From assembly GCA_964016885.1 (NCBI GenBank), contig OZ024742.1, positions 353,834,001 through 353,898,000 of the forward strand: 64,000 bases of DNA, in the 5' to 3' direction. Of the stretch, positions 52,889-64,000 are shown piece by piece (position 1 is the first letter of the stretch; every line of letters starts with the position of its first letter). The DNA comes from Eledone cirrhosa. Lineage: Eukaryota. A model generated the notes under the pieces. That model was given only the letters and a program-made list of their open reading frames with translations, ran no database searches and was not told the origin of the DNA. The position numbers were made by a program, and so were the translations under genes.

Positions 52889-55800
52889 TGATGATACACG
52901 GCGTACCTTAGATGTTGAATGGTTAAGGTTTAATCATGGTAGTGATTAACCTAAGAGAAAATTCAAAAATGTATACCCTAATAATGAGAAAATGCGAAAA
53001 CGTAATAAATTCAATAGAGAATGTGTGAGTAAGAAAAACGTTGTTTAATGTGACAGCTATAGAGATTTTAAAATGTAGGATACTGCATGTTATGGTTATC
53101 TAGTAAAACATCTCATGACTTATAACTGTCCACGAGGGCCCCTGAAAGAGGATTTAAAGAGAGGGAAGATAGAGGGGAGTAATATATGCTGAAAGAGAAT
53201 TTTTCCGAAAAGCTAGACGGTTAAGTTTCAAGATATTTATTTTGTGTTATTTTAAGGGTGAAGAATCAAGATTTTAGGTATTTTTAAAAGTTGCTGGTTA
53301 TTTATATTTATTAATTTTATAAATTCTATAAGTGTGTGAACATTTCTAAACTTCTGAATATTATGAGGATACAATTTAAAGGATTTACCTGGCCAGCAAA
53401 AGGAAAATTTACACTGTTGCATATTTTCCTAAATGTAAACTTTAACGAAGATTACCTATAACAATGTTAACATTTTCGGTATGTAAAGCTTATGAAGTAC
53501 TTATTGTTAGGAATATTTAAATAACGATTATGTATATAGAGATATAATATTGGTCCAGTATATTTTAGGTAAATGATAACGAATATAAATAATAGATTGA
53601 AGCATGCTAAAGTAAATAGATACCTATATATAAAAGGGTGTAAATGCATGAGTTGTTCACAGTTCATAATAAATAATAATCTAAACATTTAGAAGTTATC
53701 TAAAAATTATGTATAGAGAGATACATGGAGGTATATATAGATATATATTAAGTATTAGTGATACAGTATACTTTAGGTAAATGATAACGATTATAATCTC
53801 ATATAAACATTTGAACGTGTTACAGTTAAATACATATATATATATGAGAAAAATAATATTAATTGCATGAATAATTCAGAGTTCAAAATAAGGTCCGTAA
53901 TAATTTATAATTTGGATATTTGCTCTATATTTGAATCATGGATATAAAAATACAGTAGGTATATTTAAGAACTTACAAAAGATAATTACATACATATTAT
54001 AAATAAAAAATAAAAAATGTAAACACATGAATGATTCACAGTTAAAAATAAGTTCAGTAAAATTATACGGGTTGGATATTTAAACTAAAATCTAAAACTT
54101 ATATAGGAAAATAAAGATAGAGAAATAATGGTATGGATCAAAGTTAATAATATTATGTAATGTATATCAACGTGTCAGTGTGTTATTGAACAAGTGGCAT
54201 TCATTCGAGCGTTATTTCTTCTATAGATAGTTATAAGATAATGCAATATTAAAGGCCATTAATGTTTTTTGCTGATGATTATATACGTCTGAAAACCAAG
54301 TTTTTAATAGTTAAACTGTTTCTTTCTCTTTTTTCCTTGGTGTATGGGAGGCTAAGAATGTAGACGTAGCTTTATGAAGGCAACTAGAGAATAATTCACT
54401 TGTTTTGTTAATAAGGGTCTCATAGTTATTAATAATCAACAGGGTCTCCATTGCACAGAATGCGCAGTTATTTGATATACTAGAGTTGCGGTAAACTCCA
54501 CAATTCTGAAGTTTTGTCCAAAGAATGGAGTATTTTAAATTCTTCTCTTTTAACGACCCTATGAGCTGTGATAAAGAAGTGGATGATTTCCTCTTAGAGT
54601 TCGAGGATGAGCATATATGGTTCGCAAATCTGGTATTAAATGTAGAAGTCGAACCTATGTAGTTGTATGCGTTGTGATCAGTTTTTACGGTGCATTCATA
54701 AACCAAATTACTATCTAGACAATTATTTTGCAAAGGGCAGTCAGTTTTATTTCTACAATTACATTTATGTTAACTCTATTATTAAGATCATTAAGCTGGT
54801 TTTGTTTTAGGATTTTAGTGTTTAATTTGGCAATGTTTTGGGCCATGTTCATAGTTGTAGAATACGAGAATTTAATGGTGTGTCTATTAAAAATGGAATG
54901 GTATTTATGTTCAGTAGGGAAAGAGGTGTCCAAAACGTTAAAGAATAATTTTGCAATTGTTATTCTAACTGCGACCTAAGCAGGAGGGCTCGACTGATTT
55001 AGTTCTACTTCTTTTCCTCGATTTATTTGGTGTTTGGGTGTTTGAATTATAATTATTAGAGTTTCTCTTATATATGTTATTATTTTTATCAAGATTAATA
55101 CTTGGATTATTATTATCTATATATTCTATACTATTCACATATCCTGCTCTTTTTAACGTGTTGTTGTAGTATTCAGCGTTTTCATCAAATATAGCTTTAT
55201 TGGCTGATAGTTTATTAATTCGTGTTTGCACACTATTTACTATAGCTTTTTTTACAGATTTAGGGTGATTGGAATGGTTACTAATATAGTTTAAGATTTC
55301 ATTAGGCTTATGCAAAGGGTAATAAAAGCCAGTGTTTAAGTTAAACGTAACGTCTACGAAACTAACTATTCCGGTACCATTTTCTACTTCTATCTTCAGG
55401 TCACACATTTTAAAGAATTCTATTATACTTTCCTTTACTCTATTTAGTTCTATATTGTTGTGTTTGTCCACGATAAATAAAATGTCGTCCCTATATAAAA
55501 CACCTGTAATCTCCGGCAGCAGTTTTCTATTTATCATATTTAATGAGAAAATTCACAAAGGATCTGTGATTTGCGCGGAGTGGGATGCTCCCATAGTGAT
55601 ATCAAAGTTTCTATCTCTATCTGAGCGGGTCCAATATTCATTGTTGAAGTTATTAAGAGTTATTCTGGCTGTTAGTATTATGTCAATTTCATCAGTGTTT
55701 ATATCAGTATGCTTATGAGCATAAGAAAACCCGTATAGAGCAAATATCGAAACTAAAAATTATTACGGATCTTATTTAGAACTCTGAATTATTCATGCAT

Positions 55801-56780
55801 TTAATATTATTTTTCTTATATATATGTATGTATTTAACTGTAACACGTTGAAATCTATTATATAAGATTATAATCGTTATCATTTACCTAAAGTATACTA
55901 TATCACTAATACTTAATATATATCTATATATACCTCCCTGTATCTCTCTATACATAATTTTTAGATAACTTCTACATTTTTAGATTATTATTTATTTTGA
56001 ACTGTGAATAACTCATGCATTTGTACCCTTTTATATATAGGTATCTATTTACTTTAGCATGCTTCAATCTATTATTTTATATTCGTTATCATTTACCTAA
56101 CATATACTGGCCCATTATTATATCTCTATATACATAATCGTTATTTAAATATTTCTAACAATAAGTACTTCATAAGTTTTACATACCGAAAATATTGACA
56201 TTTGTATAGGTAATCTTCGTTAAAGTTTACATTTAGGAAAATATTCAACATTGCAAATTTTCTTTTCGCTGGATAGGTCAATCCTGTAATCCGGTTATCA
56301 TCATAAAATTTAGTAGTTTAGAAATGTTAACACACTTATAGAATTTATAAAATTAATAAATATAAATAACCAGCAACTTAAAAAAAAAACTAAAATCTTG
56401 ATTCTTCACTCTTAAAATAACATAAATTAAATATTTTGAAACTTAACCGTTTAGCTTTTGGGAAAAAAATCTCTTTTTGCATATATTACTCCCCTTTATC
56501 TTCCCTATCTTTAAATCCTCTTTCAGCGGCCCTCATTGTCAGTTATAATTCATGAGATATTTTCCTAGATAACTATAACTTGCAGTATCCTACATTTTAA
56601 AATCTCTATAGTTGTCACATTAACCAACGTTTTTCTTACTCACACATTCTCTATTGAATTTATTACGTTTTCGCATTCTCTCATTATTGGGGTATAAATG
56701 TTGAATTTTCTACTAGGTTAATCACTACCTTGATTAAACCTTAACCATTTAACATCTCAGGGTATGTCATGTATCATTAC

Positions 56781-56833
56781 ATTTTGTCTGATGAGGACGT
56801 ACTGATGTATTTTCGAAATATGTATAATAAAAT
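56781..56833 (+). ncRNA. Type I hammerhead ribozyme, family E (inverted arm)
   Basis: ATTTTGT-CTGATGA-GGACGTACTGATGTATTTTC-GAAA-TATGTA-TA-ATAAAAT. Confidence 0.78.
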
Positions 56834-56897
56834 TTAATTGATGAAAAAGAACCTCTATTTTATTAATATTTGTATTTTAATATATATATATATATAT

Positions 56898-58256
<1,359 letters not shown>

Positions 58257-58298
58257 TATATATATATATTTATATATATATATATATACGTAATGATG

Positions 58299-58369
<71 letters not shown>

Positions 58370-61300
58370 TCTGCCTGTGTGTTTGTTTGTTTATGTGTGT
58401 TCGTATACAGCGTGGTGATAATGCCACACAAGGGCCAAGTGGAATGGCGGATCAACAGATGGATATGTAACCATACATTCGCCAATCCTCGATAAGAGTG
58501 TTTAAATATCGAACATAAACAGTTCGAATAACGGTGAAATGGAGAATAGAACGTCATGTGACAGACTCTCACCCAACAGGTGCCCCCTGGCTCAGCAGCA
58601 GGAACCTGACTGTCAACCAAATACTGCTGATGTTGGAGGAAGGAGAAGAAGGAAAGGGGCCAGAACCAACTGGACGAAAGAATTGAATAGAACTGTTATG
58701 TAATGTTACCTGAAAAGTAACCCCAAGGAGAGGGGCTACAGGAGACGGATGCATATCATCTGGAACGAGATTGGTTTATTTAAATTAGATGAACAAAAAT
58801 TGGCCGGGCAGGCTCGGGTAATAAGAACTAATGGATGGATAAGCGAGCTGGAACTGGAGGAACTGAGCAGAGAGAATGGCTTGGAGATGGCGGGTGTAGT
58901 ATGCCAGACAAGCGAGCCAGTGGGAAATGAAGGTGAAGAGGTCCTGAGAACGGAGGAACCACCCGAAGCAGACAATGATCTGAATACTGAGATAAATAAT
59001 ACCTGGAACAGAGATACGGCCACTGAGGAGATGAATGCTGACGGGCTAGGACAAGATTCGGTTGACATCCTAAATTTAGTGGTAGATGAATTGAACAATG
59101 ATAGAGGGAGACCTATGAACCTAAGATTTGTAGACAGGAAAAAGTTAAATTAAACAACAGCTAAGGTAAACAAAGTCATCCCATACCTTGAGGCGAGGAG
59201 CCTTCACCAGTGCAACAATATCCTCAAAGCAACAGCAAATACGGTGAGGAAACTACTTGGTATAAAAGCGAGAGGAAACAACAGACAAGAAAGAGCAGAG
59301 CCGTGGTGGAAGAAGCGACTGAGTGGGAAAATCGGGGAAATGAGAAATGACATAGGAAAGCTTGAGTCACTACTGAATGGGACACTAAAAAACATAAGCA
59401 CTAAAAATAGACTGGAAATAAAATACAAAACTAGGAGGAAAAAGCTAAATATTATCATAGAGGAACTGAAGCAACGCATTGTAGCAAAGAGTGCAAAAAT
59501 CAGGCGATACGAGAACAGAGTCAGTCAGTATAAACAGAACCGCATGTTCGACAACAACCAGAAGATGCTGTTTGGACAGCTTGAGGGGAAAGAAAGAGGC
59601 AACGACTTGATCCCTGGGGCGGAGCAAACTAAAACATTCTGGAGAGGAATATGGGAGCAGGATGTTAGACACAATGCCCAGGCAGGGTGGATTGAGACAG
59701 TACAGAGGGAGATCGGTGAGCAGGCACAACAACAAACTGATTTGAGTATCACAGTTGAAACTCTTAAGGGGCAGGCCAAAAGACTAACCAACTGGAAATC
59801 ACCAGGCCCAGATGGTGTGCAGGGGTATTGGATTAAACATTTAACATCCCTCCACCCGAAGCTGACGGCCATGTTCAATGACTGCTTGGTGTCGGGTGAG
59901 GTGCCAGAGTGGTTGACAAAAGGTACCACAGTTCTGATAATGAAAGACCGAATCAAGGGTAATGATGTTACCAACTATAGACCTATCACATGTCTGTCCG
60001 TAATGTGGAAACTGTTGACGAGCATTGTGTCTGAGGAAATCTACCATCACCTCCACACAAACAACTTGTTACCGGACGAACAGAAAGGATGCCGAAAGAA
60101 GTCACGTGGTACAAAGGACCAGTTACTTATTGATAAGATGGTAATGGGGAATTGCAGGAGGAGACACACTGATCTTGCCATGGGATGGATAGACTACAGA
60201 AAGGCATTTGACATGGTGCCTCATTCCTGGATCACCAAAAGCCTGGAGATCTTCAGGGTGGCAGATAACATCAGACAGTTGCTAGGCAGGAGTATGGGGT
60301 CCTGGGAGACAGAGTTGACATCAACTGGAGTATCCTTGGGAAGCGTGAAGATCAAGAGAGGTATCTTCCAGGGAGATAGCCTGTCCTCTCTGTTGTTTGT
60401 CCTTGCCCTGATGCCCTTGACCATTATGCTGCGAAAAGTGAGAGCAGGATACAAGTTGGGAAGGGGAGAGCTTACCATCAATCACCTCCTCTTCATGGAC
60501 GATCTTAAGCTCTTCGGGAAAAGTGAGGAGTTGGATGTGCTTGTTGACACTGTCCGTATTTTCAGCAGTGATATATGTATGCAGTTTGGTATTGGTAAAT
60601 GTGGAGTCATTGTGATGAAGAGGGGTGGGTTGAGCAGAAGTAACGGGATCCAGATACCAACAGGTGAGATGATAAAGGAAATTGACTCTGAGGAAGGATA
60701 CAATTATTTGGGCGTTCTGGAGGCTGATGGCATAAAGAACAAAAAATGAAGGAATTGTTAAGAACTGAATACATTCGGAGAGTAAGGAGCGTATTGAAGT
60801 CACATCTGAACAGCAGAAATGCCATAAGCGCAGTAAATTCCCGAGCTGTGTCTATTATTAGGTACAGTGCGGGAATTCTGAGATGGAATGTTGCTAAACA
60901 AAAAGAAATGGATAGGAAGACTAGGAAGCTATTGACTATCTACAACATGTTCCACAAGAGGAGTGATGTCGATAGACTCTACCTAAGGAGATCTGAGGGT
61001 GGAAGAGGTCTTATCAGCATAGAGGACTGTGTTCAGATGGAGAAAAACAACCTATACAAATACGTGACCTATAGTAAGGAGCCAATGCTCAGAACTGTAC
61101 TGAAGGAGGGGACAGTAGGCCAGGGGATGTCCAAGGAGGAAATAACATCAAGGAGGAAGAGCAGCCTTAAGGGAAAATCCCTTCATAGTACCTTCTTTGA
61201 GAAAACTGAATTTAGAGATCCACAGACATGGAACTGGTTGAGAAGAGGAGACCTCAAAAAGGCTACAGAAGGAATGCTAATGGCTGCGCAGGAGCAGGCC

Positions 61301-62002
61301 CTCAAAACGAAGTGGTTGAAGCACCATATCTACAAGGAGGAGGCTAGCCCACTGTGCAGGATCTGTGGAGAGAGAGAGGAGACTGTGGCTCACATTGTGT
61401 CCGAGTGTAAACACCTAGCCCAGACCCACTATAAGGGCTGGAGACACGATCTGATGGGCAGGGTGATCCACTGGCACCTGTGCAAAGTAAACAATTTACC
61501 ACATTCTGAGAAATGGTATGAGCATAGGCCAGAGGCGGTGATGGAGAACAATCAGGTGAAGGTGCTGTGGGATTTTAGGATACAGACGGACAAAAAACTG
61601 GAACACAATAGACCTGACCTGGTGGTTGTGGACAAAGAAAAAAGATCGTGTCTGATTGTGGATGTGGCCTGCCCGTTCGACACGAGAGTGCAAGAGAAGG
61701 AGAGGGAGAAAATTAACCGATACCAGGACCTAAAGTGGGAGGTGAAAAGGATTTGGAACTGCCATGAAGTCAAAGTGATCCCGATCGTCATAGGCGCACT
61801 GGGGACTATCTCCAAAAGTGTCCAGGGATGGTTAAAGAAAATCGGCCCCTTCACGTTTTTTGGAACGCTTCAAAAGGCATGCTTGCTTGGAACAGCAAGA
61901 ACCCTCCGATACGTCCTGAATATCTGAGGCTGCAGGTAGTGGCTTGATATTCAATCCAACGGACTTTCCAGTTAACCAACATCAATGACTGAGATTCAAG
62001 GA
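58370..62002 (+). mobile_element. R4/Dong-clade non-LTR retrotransposon (RT + CCHC + restriction-like endonuclease), near full length
   Basis: N-terminal WTKELN...RGYRRRM, SPGPDG, YRPITC, GIFQGDSLS, HLLFMDD, CRIC...HIVSEC, RHD, RPD...D...K..RY. (AAT)n on both sides. Confidence 0.93.
58749..61927 (+). pseudogene. Disrupted single ORF of the R4/Dong element
   Basis: Segments 58749-59153, 59244-60749 and 60746-61927, separated by a stop and two frame changes. The coding region extends somewhat upstream of 58749. Confidence 0.88.
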
Positions 62003-62010
62003 ATAACAAC

Positions 62011-62057
<47 letters not shown>

Positions 62058-63169
62058 GCATATTTAAACATATAGAACAAATAGAAACCAGTATATAAAG
62101 CACTAAACTTGTGAATATTTTTTATATTTAAATTTTGACATTAATATCTTTCTTCTCTGTGTATATAATCTAAACTATAATAAAGTAAGGAGTCCGGTAC
62201 TGCGTCCAGAATATATTTTTGTTATCCCAATTGTAAAATAAGTTAGATTACTTTGAATAAATAATGAGTGAATGGTACATAATTTATTTACTAAATTTAG
62301 TTATTCTTGATTAAATATAAATCATGTTGTTGCTTATTTCAAGATATACTTCTTTTAAATGTTGAACACTTCCGTTTGGCGCTCGTTTAAATAACCGTCC
62401 ATATATTTCCGTCACTAATTTTCTCCTAATGCAATTTATATATAATATCGTCTTTTTGTAATGTTTCATGGATTACTTTACTGATTACATAAGAGAGTGT
62501 AACGCAGTCTTCGTTCAATTTCTCTGTATATTGTAGATTACGATTTTATTTCATTTATCATATCTACATAGATATATACTTCCGTATAATATCAATATGC
62601 ACCCTACATATGCTAGCAGAAAAACCACCCGTGAATTTTCTGCTAGCATGTAAAGTTTGCACCTGAAGGTTGGTTTTTCTTCTAGTAATTACACTTATAT
62701 CACTAGTTAAACATAAGGCTCAAGATAAAAAAAAAAGAAAAAAAGACACAACTCTTTAGAATTTTGAAAATGGTTATTCTGATATGTTTTATTAATAATT
62801 TCAATGATTATTTTACGATTTTCTCTATTTTTCTTAACCTACTCCTTTTTTTCATAATAATATCCTTTTGAATATGGCTTTCTCCAAATTAAATGGATCT
62901 TGCTTTTATATATTTATATGTGTTTAAAAAATTAAATAATTTCAAAAAATTGTATGAGAATTTAAAGTGAACATGGTACCGTGAATAGTAAGGTAGGCAC
63001 TCAACGATATATGAAATAATTTGCATTTCTTAGTCTCATAAATGCTGTTGTCAATGATTTATCTCCATTACATTACACACACATTAAAATAGCAACATTA
63101 ACATACACACATACACACACACACGCACACACACGCACACGTACACACGCACACGCACACACACACACA

Positions 63170-63233
<64 letters not shown>

Positions 63234-63490
63234 AATATATATATATAGGGCGGGGTTGTGATTGAGTGTTTGGATATCAGTTTACAAACAATAAATATAT
63301 ATATCATATATATATATTCATTTTATTAAGTGTTGTTAATCTGGAGTGTCACCAGTTTATCACAGTGTATTCCGAAAAGAACGCTTATAAGTTGACCCTA
63401 TAAAAAGTCTCACTATTTAACCTTAATAAAATTAAAAATAAAATTCAACTTCGTTGCTGAGAATTCCTATCTCTCAGCCGTCAAGCTATA

Positions 63491-63672
63491 TTGTTTCTAC
63501 TTTTGGCACAAGACCAGACATAACCCAGTGCATTACCGGTACTTTAATTTATGGACCCCGTAAGGATGAAGGGTAAAGTTAACCTCGGCGGGATTTGAAC
63601 TGAGAATGGCAAAGTCCGTAACTCTATGCGTCAAAGCATGGTGTCAGACCCTCTACCGTACAGCCAATCCAT
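63491..63672 (-). mobile_element. SINE S2
   Basis: Reverse complement of TGGATTGGCTG...GTTCAAATCCCGCCGAGG...CCTTCATCCTTACGGGGTC. Confidence 0.82.
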
Positions 63673-63828
63673 CAGATATATATATGGGGAATCACAGACA
63701 TATACTGATATCAATTGGGGATGGGGAATATATATGCAGGAGAATTATGTCCTTGTATGGAATGCTCCTACATCCATAATATTTAAGTATATATGAAAGT
63801 CTAAATTTAAATGCCGAGTGTTAATATT

Positions 63829-64000
<172 letters not shown>

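Larger units (their letters stand above)
52728..56880 (-). mobile_element. PLE family E (RT C-half with LYRDD, GIY-YIG, 3' UTR) with inverted arm
   Basis: Minus ORFs 54965-55537 (GVLYRDD...SFVDVTFNL...SNHPKS) and 54311-54733 (VYEC...YIGST). About 55760-56880 is the reverse complement of about 52788-53905. Confidence 0.92.

Overview
AT-rich, microsatellite-dense eukaryotic DNA with no intact host gene that I can support. The SINE types suggest an octopod/coleoid cephalopod (inference). Most of the window is decayed retroelements inserted into (TA)n arrays: about 20 Penelope-like element (PLE) insertions or fragments, one near-full-length R4/Dong-type LINE in (TAA)n, an RTE 3' fragment, two tRNA-derived SINE families and a probable Helitron end. 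The PLEs carry RT plus a C-terminal GIY-YIG domain, and many have an inverted copy of their own 3' end, which creates palindromes of 0.1-7 kb. About a dozen distinct families carry hammerhead ribozyme (HHR) motifs, including core variants (U3-A8, A4) and ORF-less tandem units resembling retrozymes. The most unusual item is a three-copy motif (18754, 29271, 29905). It contains all hammerhead core strands in a non-circularly permuted, pseudoknotted order, closed by a kink-turn, with compensatory base changes between copies. All RNA structures were read by eye and none is experimentally verified.
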